From Candidatus Poribacteria bacterium (GTDB lineage Bacteria > Poribacteria > WGA-4E > UBA9662): a stretch of 18,692 nt of DNA. The position numbers and the translations under genes were made by a program. Shown in pieces: positions 1 to 8,413 of the stretch (position 1 is its first letter; the number at the start of each line of letters is the position of its first letter). The notes beneath the pieces were generated by a model. The model was given only the letters and a program-made list of their open reading frames with translations. It did no database searches and was not told the origin of the DNA. The stretch lies in assembly GCA_046582655.1 (NCBI GenBank), contig JAYGDX010000258.1, positions 1 through 18,692 on the forward strand. The letters are read 5' to 3'.

Positions 1-2
1 GC

Positions 3-248
3 AACAACCCCGTCTCCATATTTTGTAAAGCCGGTGACATTTATCTGCAAGATCCAATGTGCTGGCATCGTGGGGCACCCAATAACTCAGACCGTACACG
101 CTATATCCTTCAATCGCAGTACGCAGCACCATGGGCCTACTGGCGCTTTAGCCTCTGTAACCGCGTACCAGTAGAGGAAGAAGCGCTACAAACAGCCAGT
201 GATCAACTCCTAAATTTACTGGGTAGGCCTCGACCAAACGGCGCTTAG
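3..248 (+). CDS. PhyH-family Fe(II)/2OG dioxygenase, C-terminal part (5' end outside window)
   Basis: The frame is open from nt 3: NNPVSIFCKAGDIYLQDPMCWHRGAPNNSDRTRYIL. This contains the PhyH C-terminal 'AGD...WH.g.pN.S...R' distal-His/Arg motif. Stop TAG at 246-248. Confidence 0.85.
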   Translation, partial: NNPVSIFCKAGDIYLQDPMCWHRGAPNNSDRTRYILQSQYAAPWAYWRFSLCNRVPVEEEALQTASDQLLNLLGRPRPNGA

Positions 249-303
249 AATCTCGAGTTCTGATATTAAGTGTATTCATGTTCAGAAGAAAAGGAGAGTT
301 CAA

Positions 304-1116
304 ATGGAATTTGTAAAACTGGCTGAGGAACAACGCCGGTTTTTTGATGATAATGGGTACATAGTGGTGCCCGATGTCCTTTCACTGAAAGAGGTTGAAC
401 AGTTGACGCAGGCCAGCGATCGAATGATTGAATCATGCAATTCGGATGGGGCGTACGTGCAGATGCGGCCAGGAATTGTGGAGGAACCAGACTTTCATCC
501 GCTGTTGGCCTGTTCGCCGACGGTACCTCTGGTCATTCAGTTGTTGTCGCCGAATATTCATTTGCACACCACTGCCATTATTTATAAAATCCCTCAACTC
601 ACCGACGATGAAGAAACAATCAAACAACGGGGATGGCACCGTGACATTGGCATTACCGAAGATCTGGGGCACAACAACCTCATTCGTGCCGGCATAAAGG
701 TGGGTTACTGCCTGACAGATTTTCACCAACCGCGTTCCGGTTTCACCATGTTTTCCCCAGGTTCACATCTGGAGAAAACACCGTTGCCGATCCCCACGGG
801 TGAGGTTGATCCGGTTCATGCCGTTGATCTCTTTCTCAATGCCGGAGACGCGTTTTTATTTGAGAACCGCATTTTCCATACCTCCGCTCCCAATCTAAGC
901 AACCGCACATCGAAAGTCATTATCTTCGGCTACAGTTATCGCTGGATGGGCGGTCGAAAGGATAACATGCAACAGGTTCAACCAGATGAGGCGGTGCTGG
1001 ATCAGGTTGACGATATTCGCCGACAACTGCTTGGCGGTTCCAGCGATGCTCTAAGTCATTGGGCTCAGGAACAGGATATCGCGCCGGAGCCGATTCAATG
1101 GACGATGGAGATTTAA
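304..1116 (+). CDS. PhyH-family Fe(II)/2OG dioxygenase (270 aa)
   Basis: N-terminal 'EEQRRFFDDNGYIVV', iron motif GWHRD, 'PGSH' and distal 'FHTSAPNLS'. RBS AAGGAG a few nt upstream of the ATG. Confidence 0.92.
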   Translation: MEFVKLAEEQRRFFDDNGYIVVPDVLSLKEVEQLTQASDRMIESCNSDGAYVQMRPGIVEEPDFHPLLACSPTVPLVIQLLSPNIHLHTTAIIYKIPQLTDDEETIKQRGWHRDIGITEDLGHNNLIRAGIKVGYCLTDFHQPRSGFTMFSPGSHLEKTPLPIPTGEVDPVHAVDLFLNAGDAFLFENRIFHTSAPNLSNRTSKVIIFGYSYRWMGGRKDNMQQVQPDEAVLDQVDDIRRQLLGGSSDALSHWAQEQDIAPEPIQWTMEI

Positions 1117-1301
1117 TCAGAATCTGCAAAACCCACCACAACAGAGCTGAATCCGGTTACAAGATTTACCCGATCTCGCCGGATTGGCAGTGGATGATAT
1201 GATCAGGTCAAGACCAGAGTAAATCTATTATTAGCAGTGGAATTTCCGGGTACCCGCCGATCAATTCAAATCCATCAGCATAAAGAAGGAATTGGCAAAA
1301 T

Positions 1302-1480
1302 CGGTAATAGCATCCACTTTTGCCGTTCGGTCAAACTCCCGTACTAGTTTATCAGGATAGGTACTAATTTCAAGCTGAATGTCCAGACTGCATTTGTGCA
1401 GCAACGAACGCCGTGAGTACTTGGCACACCAAGGTCGGGTGCCGTGAGTTAAGCATTTCGGTAAGAAAGATCACATCACC
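1302..1480 (-). pseudogene. Degraded C-terminal remnant of a PhyH paralog of the 3703..4446 gene
   Basis: Read across frameshifts on the minus strand: GDVIFLTEML/THGTRPWCAKYSRRSLLHKCS/GHSA*/YGSLTERQKWMLLP. This is collinear with GDVLFFTEALIHGTKPWTASHQRRSLLYKYSPGHSAW...YGELTERQRRMLQPP of the 3703..4446 protein. Confidence 0.85.
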
Positions 1481-1526
1481 TGTGCTGGTCGGTCAACATG
1501 AACAGTATATTAGGACGCTTCACCAT
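1476..1526 (-). pseudogene. Sulfatase N-terminal remnant (16 aa)
   Basis: ATG at 1526 with a purine-rich RBS (GAGGAAAAGGA) encodes MVKRPNILFMLTDQHR*, the typical 'KRPNILFI.tDQ.R' start of type I sulfatases. It is truncated at the junction with the PhyH remnant. Confidence 0.75.
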
Positions 1527-1589
1527 TCCTTTTCCTCTTCGTCTGTCAGCATCTTTAGTCAGTTGAGAAACCAACTCTGCGTCCTTTTC

Positions 1590-2510
1590 CTAATCAGCTC
1601 CTTGCTTTAGAGATTCTGCCCAGGCACGTAAGGGAACGTCATCTGGATTCTTGGTTAGCCAGTACTGCGACGACGGCTCCATATCAGATTTTTCGCCCAA
1701 CGGATCTGTTCCACTCGGCAGACCGCCCAAGAGTTGCTGGCGGATTGGTGAACATCGTTGGAGTAACTCTGGATCCTGCTGGATATAATCAGTCGGGCGC
1801 AGCCAGCGGTAGTGGTAACCTACATGCATGATCTTCCGCGTTTTGTTTGATCGGTTGGGACCAACACAGTGCCAAGTTGCTGTACGCCACAAGACAGCCG
1901 ACCCGGCTGGCAATTTCAATTCCAGCGTTTGTTCCTCAGGTACACGGCGACCCATAGCATGCAGTTCTGCTGGTGGTCGCTTGTAACTGCCCGGCACCAA
2001 CCAGAGATTGCCACAGTTGGATTTAGTCATATCGAAGAGGCAGTAGAACACCTTGATTTCCATGAACGGCAACCGCCCGTCCAGCGAAGGTGCTTGGAAT
2101 ATCTCAGGACTAGCCAGATCTGGATGCCACACTACGTTGCGGTATCCAGCTTCCTGATCAGCTCCATTTCCCATACCTACAGCCCCTACCTGTAGATCTG
2201 ATGGATATGGCGGACGGTAATCGAGATGCGTTGTACGAATCTGTATGTTCCAGCCGATGGCATCTACCACCAGTGGCAACATACGTGGGTGGTCAACCAA
2301 ATCCAGAAAAGCGTCGTGATGGACTAGAGCGTTGCGCACTTGGAAATGGGTCTCTACCCCCAACCCCTTTTCCTTTTGAATACGCTCAACTACCTCATCC
2401 ACCGCGTTGGACAACCGCACCAGTTCCCTTGGCCTCAGGAAGTTTTCAAGGATGACAAACCCTGTTTCTTCAAACTTATGTTCCTGCTCTTCAGTCATTG
2501 CTATGGCCAT
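1590..2510 (-). CDS. PhyH-family Fe(II)/2OG dioxygenase (306 aa)
   Basis: 'EEQEHKFEETGFVIL', WHPD iron motif, 'GNLWLVPGSY' and 'WHCVGPNRSNKTR'. RBS-like AGGGA upstream. Confidence 0.92.
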   Translation of the reverse strand: MAIAMTEEQEHKFEETGFVILENFLRPRELVRLSNAVDEVVERIQKEKGLGVETHFQVRNALVHHDAFLDLVDHPRMLPLVVDAIGWNIQIRTTHLDYRPPYPSDLQVGAVGMGNGADQEAGYRNVVWHPDLASPEIFQAPSLDGRLPFMEIKVFYCLFDMTKSNCGNLWLVPGSYKRPPAELHAMGRRVPEEQTLELKLPAGSAVLWRTATWHCVGPNRSNKTRKIMHVGYHYRWLRPTDYIQQDPELLQRCSPIRQQLLGGLPSGTDPLGEKSDMEPSSQYWLTKNPDDVPLRAWAESLKQGAD

Positions 2511-2547
2511 CTCATTCCCTTGCTCACTAGGCTAATGCGTTGTCTTG

Positions 2548-2574
2548 AAAAACGCTGGTTTCACTATCCAGCGT
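2548..2574 (-). terminator. Putative intrinsic terminator downstream of 2615..3478
   Basis: The minus strand reads ACGCTGG-atagtgaaa-CCAGCGT followed by a T run (7-bp stem), about 40 nt after the stop of the upstream gene. Confidence 0.45.
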
Positions 2575-2614
2575 AAATGCGCGTGATGGGTAAACTACAA
2601 TCTGTCAAACCGAC

Positions 2615-3478
2615 CTAGGTGCTTCCCCAAATAGGTAATTCATCTCCTCGATGCTCTTGAATCCATGTCCTTAATGGCACATCCGCATCCGTTGGTTGCC
2701 ACCAGCCCTTAATATCGACCCCATCGCCCAAAAGTTGCCGACGGATCGGATCACACTTGTCTAAAAATCTCCCTGGTATCACATTGTAATCTAGTCCTCT
2801 TAGCCAGCGGTAACTATAACCGAAAAATAAAACTTTTCTGGTAATATTTGAGGTATTGAAACCGCGACGGTGCCACATCCTCCGGTCGAATAAGACGGCT
2901 GTCCCCGGCTTGACACGCAATTCTAAAATATCATTACTGTCCGAGTCAGACTCCAGCGGCAGTGTGTCTCGTTTATGACTGCCCGGAATAATTTGCATAG
3001 CTCCACGATCCGGACCATCGACATCACTCAGCCAATAGCTAATTTTTAGCGACAGACGCGGTTGCGGGCGTTCCATTTCCCGAACAGGTCGCCCACCGTC
3101 TTGATGCCACCCACCCGTTAGCACTTTATCCTTACCTAGCTCTGGTGGATAAGTGATCAGGTGAGAGATGTAAAGCTGGATATTCCAGCCTAGGATATCC
3201 CATACCAAAGGGAAAGTTTTGGGCCAATCTAGCAATTCCAGAAAAATGTCATCTTCAACCACCATGCGAAATTTAGTCAAGATGGCATTGGAGCTTAGCT
3301 TTTGCCTCTTTCGCTCTTCCTCCTCCACCCGATTGACAGCCTCAGTCAACTGATCAATTATCTGTGGCGTTAAGGCATCTTCCACAACCAGATACCCATT
3401 ATCATTAAATGTATCTAACTGTTCCTGAGTAGCACAATACTGTAACCAATCTTGACTCGCTCCATTCATCACTGTCAT
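2615..3478 (-). CDS. PhyH-family Fe(II)/2OG dioxygenase (287 aa)
   Basis: 'QEQLDTFNDNGYLVVEDAL', GWHQD motif, 'IIPGSH' and 'WHRRGFNTSNITR'. Confidence 0.92.
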   Translation of the reverse strand: MTVMNGASQDWLQYCATQEQLDTFNDNGYLVVEDALTPQIIDQLTEAVNRVEEEERKRQKLSSNAILTKFRMVVEDDIFLELLDWPKTFPLVWDILGWNIQLYISHLITYPPELGKDKVLTGGWHQDGGRPVREMERPQPRLSLKISYWLSDVDGPDRGAMQIIPGSHKRDTLPLESDSDSNDILELRVKPGTAVLFDRRMWHRRGFNTSNITRKVLFFGYSYRWLRGLDYNVIPGRFLDKCDPIRRQLLGDGVDIKGWWQPTDADVPLRTWIQEHRGDELPIWGST

Positions 3479-3601
3479 TTTCGAACCACCCTATTGGCCG
3501 TTTTCCACCACTTTTTCATCATTGACCATGATTACCAAGAAAATACATAACGATCGTGAATCACACCGTCATCTAGCTCGCCATTTCCATCTGTGATTGC
3601 A

Positions 3602-3634
3602 GAAAAGCTAAGCAAACTATTTCCTTAGCTTTTC
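3602..3634. terminator. Perfect 11-bp inverted repeat, possible terminator (or operator) after 3703..4446
   Basis: GAAAAGCTAAG-caaactatttc-CTTAGCTTTTC, with T runs at the stem end on either strand. It lies about 70 nt downstream of the stop at 3703. Confidence 0.5.
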
Positions 3635-3702
3635 ACGACAAAATCTAGTCGATCTGTTCTAACCCTTCTGTGCTAAATGTAAGGTTTAAACTGTACAATA
3701 GA

Positions 3703-4446
3703 TTAAATTGAGACTTCTAGATTTTCGTCCACTCTAGGGCGTCGCCCAATAGAAGGGGGCTGCAACATCCGGCGTTGCCGTTCCGTCAGTTCACCATAAG
3801 ATTCAAGATCATAATAGTTGATGTTCCAAGCCGAGTGACCGGGACTGTATTTGTACAACAAAGATCTGCGTTGGTGTGAGGCTGTCCACGGTTTAGTCCC
3901 ATGAATGAGAGCTTCAGTAAAAAAGAGGACATCGCCAGCCTTAATAGCAGGTTGAACCACATAGTGGGCATCACGCTTGAATTGACGAACCTCTTTGGGC
4001 ACATAATTCAGAAAGTTGGTTTTTTGACTGCCAGGAATACAAGTGAAACCGCCAGAACCAACGTCAACATCCGACAGGGCATAGGCCATCACGCTCAACC
4101 CATTCCGCATAACCCCATCTCGATACTTGTACCAGTGGTCGCCAACCACGTCAGGTCCTCCATGTAATCCTCCTCGTGAATCGCTTTGATCCATAAAAAT
4201 AGCATAGTCGTGGTCGAGGCGGACGTAAGGACCAAGCAGTTCTACCAAGCAGGAAAAAATCCGTGGATGATCGATCAATTTTTTGAAAGGTTCGCCCCAC
4301 GAACTGGGTCGACCTCCATGAGAGTCGGCTTGTTTATTATGCTTATCGATTATCTGATTTAGTTCAGCAACTTCATCAGCCATCAGAACATCTTTAATCA
4401 CAAAGTAACCTTCAAGGTCAAATACAAATTTTTCTTCGGGTGTCAT
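3703..4446 (-). CDS. PhyH-family Fe(II)/2OG oxygenase with non-canonical H-G-G iron motif (247 aa)
   Basis: The likely start is ATG 4446 (MTPEEKFVFDLEGYFVIKDVL) rather than 4494. Motifs 'RLDHDY', 'GGLHGG', 'GGFTCIPGSQK' and 'AGDVLFFTEALIHGTKPW...RR'. Confidence 0.88.
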   Translation of the reverse strand: MTPEEKFVFDLEGYFVIKDVLMADEVAELNQIIDKHNKQADSHGGRPSSWGEPFKKLIDHPRIFSCLVELLGPYVRLDHDYAIFMDQSDSRGGLHGGPDVVGDHWYKYRDGVMRNGLSVMAYALSDVDVGSGGFTCIPGSQKTNFLNYVPKEVRQFKRDAHYVVQPAIKAGDVLFFTEALIHGTKPWTASHQRRSLLYKYSPGHSAWNINYYDLESYGELTERQRRMLQPPSIGRRPRVDENLEVSI

Positions 4447-4540
4447 GGCAAATTCTCTTTCGTAACAGGCTAGAGCAATATAGGCAAAAACCACCGAATG
4501 ATGTGTTTCGGCTAATTAAATCAATTATACAAGTTTCGAC

Positions 4541-7291
4541 CTAATAAACATAGACAAACTCATTAGCATTCAACAACAACAGGCAGAAATCTGCCAGGGC
4601 ACGGATTTCGACTGGAACGGTCCACGGCTGTGAATCCGGTGTATAGTTCTGATAAATGTCGAGTTGCTCAGTGTAGGTAAACGGTTCTCCTGTCATTTCC
4701 TCAAACATGGTCCGCTCAATCGCGACAGGGTCAGCTTGCACGGCGGGCGGATGCTGCTGGTGATAGTCGATCATCTTTTCGACAAAGTCCACACTTTGCC
4801 TGACTTCATCCGGTTCGGCGTTTCGACACCAAGCCAATTGAACACCACATTGAATCTGTTCTGATAGCTGTGAACGTTCTTTGACCAACCGCTGTGCCAT
4901 GGCTAAGGCGCGTCGATAGCTATTTTGGCTGTTAAACAGGGTGAAGACTTGCGGCGTAACGGTAGAGGATGTGCGGCGTTCACAAGAGATATCTGCCGAC
5001 GGTTGATTGAAAACTTCTAACATCGGGTCGGATAAGCCGCGATATCGGTAAACATAGATCGTCCGGCGGTTCCGCTGTTCCGGCGTTGGGGAGGGTTGAT
5101 AAGCTGGTGCGATTGATCCCATCACATGGCGCGGTTGCATGGCCACCTCCATATTGATTTCAGGAAAGACTGGCAGACCACCCATTTCCGTGTTCAGTTC
5201 ACCAGAAACAAACAGCATACTATCCCGAAGTTCCTCGGATCGAAGCCGTCTCGGCTGAAAGTAGGCCAGCAGTTTATTGTCTGGATCTTTTTGTTTTAAG
5301 TAATCCATCAGTGGGTAATGACTGCTCCTCTGGTAGGCGTCAGACATCATGATCAACCGATGCAGGTTTTTGATCGACCAGCTATTATCAACAAAGTTCC
5401 GTGCCAGCCAATCAAGCAATTTTGGATGCGTTGGTTTTTTACCCATTTTGCCAAGGTTATTGGCATTTCCAGCCAAACCAACACCAAAATGATGCTGCCA
5501 AATCCGATTGACAATGGAACGGGTAGTCAGCGGGTTTTCTGGATCGGTGATCCACTCCGCCAGTTGGGTTCGTTTATTCTGAACTTGAGGATCAATCTGA
5601 TTAGAAATGATAGGCGTCAATGACTGCACGGCACTCAGTGTGCCGGCAGTTACACGTTCATCTGGTGCGTAAACCGATCCACCTGCCAGAATATAGGTGG
5701 GTTGTAGATCGCCCGTTAGGTCCTGTGGCATTTTCAAGCGGCTAGAGATGTGCTTTTTATTGATCCAAGGGCCGTTGTAGACGCTAAATGCAATAGCCTG
5801 GTACCTCTCCAATTGCCACTGCAAGATTTGAATTTGTTTATGAAGGGCTTTCTGCCGCCCCAGATCTTGGTAGGTCAAACCGTAGTAGCGAGGTGCCCGT
5901 TGGTCCACCGGCAATTTGTTCCGTTCATTTTTCGTTTGATAGGTAAGGCCACGGGCTTCCATCCACTTTCGGGCAGCATTCTCCTCTTTTTTGCTGATGG
6001 CAGAACGATCCGCCTTGGCTTGATCTAACAAAAGTTGAATTCGTTGTCGACCAACTTCAAACCCCTGCTGATTTTCCTCTGGCAGATAATCCACATCACG
6101 ATCGGCAAATTGGAGAGGTGCGAACACCGCTTGTAGCCGATAGTAATCTTTAGTTGGGATCGGATCAAATTTGTGGTCGTGGCAACGGGCGCAGCGCAAA
6201 GGGATAGACATAAAGGTCTCACCAATGGCATTGGTGACGTCATCCAGATAGAATTGCCGTGTCTCGGTCGCTATTGTCATGCCGGTTTGCTCCCAAGGCC
6301 CCATGCGCAAGAAACCAACCGCAATCAGCATCTCTGGATCAGTCGGATCAATTTCATCTCCCGCCAGCTGTTCTCGCACAAATTGATCATAGGGCTTGTC
6401 TTGGTTGAAAGATCGAATCACATAGTCGCGATACCGCCAGGCGTTGGGACGCTCAAAGTCATTGGAGAAACCACTAGTGTCGGCATAGCGCACCACGTCC
6501 AACCATTGTCGCCCCCACTGCTCACCATAATTAGGATTGGCCAATAACCGATCCACAACCTTGTCAAAGGCATCTGGGGCATCATCCGCCAGAAAGGTGT
6601 CGACTTCGTCCGGCGTCGGCGGTAAACCGATCAGGTCGAAGGTCGCACGTCGAATGAGGAGCAATTTGTCCGCTTTACTAGCAGGCTTTATGCCAGCATC
6701 CTTCAACTTTTGGTTGATAAACGCATCAATTGGGTGTTCTGCATCATTGGATGGAACTTCTAGCTGTTTAATCGGTTGGAAAACCCATAAATCTTCGGGC
6801 TGGTAGAGTCGATGGGTCCACTCGTCGGCTAAACCACCACTTGTTTTGACAAAGATGCCATCATCGGTTATCCATTCACTGTCAACGATTTCCTCCCAGC
6901 GATCGGGACTGGGCCATGGTGCGCCTGCCTCGATCCATTGACGGATGAGGTCAACCTGGACTGTTGAGAGACGATCGTTTTCTTTGGGCGGCATCTCCAG
7001 GTTTTTATCTTGCCAGGTGACTGCTATGTAGATGGGGCTCATTTCTGCATCATCTGGTATCAGTACCTTGCGATCAATCATCTTTTCCCGGTGGGTCAGA
7101 TCCAGATCATCGCGAATATCGTTTGGGTCGCTGCCATGGCAGGTAAAACACTTGGCCTTGATCAGCGGAAACACCCGATGCACGAAAAGTTTTTCCGCCT
7201 CTTCCAGATGAAGGTCTTCTGCCATTACCTCGATTAGCATCAAAAACGACAACCACACAAGCAAAAAGATTAAATTCCTGAGTCTCATCAT
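4541..7291 (-). CDS. Planctomycete cytochrome c + DUF1549 + DUF1553 (PSD1) domain protein
   Basis: Signal peptide, CFTCH (7136-7150) with 'EMPP', 'HPIDAFI', 'LIRRATFDLIGLPPT', 'YGEQWGRQWLDVVRYADT', CARCHDHKFDPI (6179-6193), 'NRIWQHHFG.GL', 'PTHP.LLDWLA', 'RL.SEELRDS' and terminal 'LLNANEFVYV'. Start probably ATG 7291 or 7288 (GGGGA RBS); the ORF track gives 7312. Confidence 0.93.
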   Translation of the reverse strand: MMRLRNLIFLLVWLSFLMLIEVMAEDLHLEEAEKLFVHRVFPLIKAKCFTCHGSDPNDIRDDLDLTHREKMIDRKVLIPDDAEMSPIYIAVTWQDKNLEMPPKENDRLSTVQVDLIRQWIEAGAPWPSPDRWEEIVDSEWITDDGIFVKTSGGLADEWTHRLYQPEDLWVFQPIKQLEVPSNDAEHPIDAFINQKLKDAGIKPASKADKLLLIRRATFDLIGLPPTPDEVDTFLADDAPDAFDKVVDRLLANPNYGEQWGRQWLDVVRYADTSGFSNDFERPNAWRYRDYVIRSFNQDKPYDQFVREQLAGDEIDPTDPEMLIAVGFLRMGPWEQTGMTIATETRQFYLDDVTNAIGETFMSIPLRCARCHDHKFDPIPTKDYYRLQAVFAPLQFADRDVDYLPEENQQGFEVGRQRIQLLLDQAKADRSAISKKEENAARKWMEARGLTYQTKNERNKLPVDQRAPRYYGLTYQDLGRQKALHKQIQILQWQLERYQAIAFSVYNGPWINKKHISSRLKMPQDLTGDLQPTYILAGGSVYAPDERVTAGTLSAVQSLTPIISNQIDPQVQNKRTQLAEWITDPENPLTTRSIVNRIWQHHFGVGLAGNANNLGKMGKKPTHPKLLDWLARNFVDNSWSIKNLHRLIMMSDAYQRSSHYPLMDYLKQKDPDNKLLAYFQPRRLRSEELRDSMLFVSGELNTEMGGLPVFPEINMEVAMQPRHVMGSIAPAYQPSPTPEQRNRRTIYVYRYRGLSDPMLEVFNQPSADISCERRTSSTVTPQVFTLFNSQNSYRRALAMAQRLVKERSQLSEQIQCGVQLAWCRNAEPDEVRQSVDFVEKMIDYHQQHPPAVQADPVAIERTMFEEMTGEPFTYTEQLDIYQNYTPDSQPWTVPVEIRALADFCLLLLNANEFVYVY

Positions 7292-7447
7292 TTCCCCATT
7301 CACTGGCACCACTCAGCATATCCGCTTTCTTTAGGTCATCCAATTGCGGTTAGAATTTCCACTGTTGCCTTTGAAGTACGATCAGTTTAACAAAACCAAC
7401 GAAAATCCGAGATTGACAGCGCCAAAATGCTAACAGCTATCAGCTTT

Positions 7448-8339
7448 TCAGTCAATGCCGTGATCCCAATTCAAGCTCTCGGTTTCGAGTGTTGTCGCAA
7501 TAGAAAATTGCTGGCCGCTAATGTGGGCTTCCAAAGACCCCCAGCCCCAACCCGCAGCGCGTTCCCCCATCATGCGAGTTCCCTGCCCCGTATGCTGGAT
7601 GGAAGCTTTCATATAGTGAACTACATAAGCACGTCGAAAAGCGTCGGATCTATTCGGGGTGCTTTGATGGAGAAGTGCATTATTAAAATAGACGATTGTC
7701 CCCCTTGGTACTTCCAGTGGAATCGCCTGCTGTTCCATTTCGTCAGTCACTGCCGCCCGATGGCGAACCGGCAGCCGTTCTGTGATCTCGGCATCGTGAT
7801 GATCAATTACCCCTTTTTGGTGGCTGCCCGGAATTACCCATAAACAACCGTTGTTGATGTGAGCATCGTCACCAAGAGCCAATGGAAGCGTTTTCAATTG
7901 GTTGACCATCACCAGTTTGGTAAGTATTTTTGAAGTACCAAGAGTCCTGATGCCACTGCAAAGATCAACCCGTCCCCGGTGGTTTGAAGAAATACAGGTC
8001 ATTGGGACAAAACAGATCGTCTCCCACAATCGAGTGCGCGACTGCTAACCGCCGTGGATCTCTGATATGCTGTCGAATTTGCCGACTAAACAGATGAACT
8101 CGAAACAGGCTATTCAGTGCTTCAGGCCCTGTGTTAGATCTGGCGTGTATATTTTTGATCAAAATGGTCTGTCGCTGCTCGTCGGTCAGTCGATCAGTCT
8201 TTTCCACCTGATCGACAAGTTGGTTGATCAAATCGCCAATTTCCTGTACTTCCTCTGGGCTAAAGTCTCCAATTCTGGCAAAGAAACCGTCCTCCTAATA
8301 GGCCCGTTTTTCTGTCGGTGTTAACCCATAGTCTGCCAT
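7448..8339 (-). pseudogene. PhyH-family dioxygenase pseudogene
   Basis: ATG 8339 with GAGGGG RBS reads MADYGLTPTEKRAY*EDGFF...FFKPPGTG*SLQWHQDSWYF...ASIGSW, then frameshifts near 7870-7880 into DDAHINNGCLWVIPGSH...LLHQSTPNRSDAFRRAYVVHY. Stops: TAG 8295-8297 and TGA 7965-7967. Confidence 0.9.
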
Positions 8340-8413
8340 TGAAGCCCCTCAAAAGACACCCAAATATACCTGATCAATTGTGCCAAAATAATAAATTTAC
8401 CTAATTCTTATCA

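Noticed and set aside
1413..1610. 65-aa plus-strand ORF in the gap
   Set aside because: It is antisense to the sulfatase/PhyH remnant, which explains the sequence better.
3491..3540. Minus-strand FLVIMVNDEKVVENGQ*, reminiscent of an amidohydrolase C-terminus
   Set aside because: Too short to support without a search.
8366..8386. Possible sigma54 site (TGGCAC) on the minus strand upstream of the PhyH pseudogene
   Set aside because: No TTGC at the required -12 spacing.
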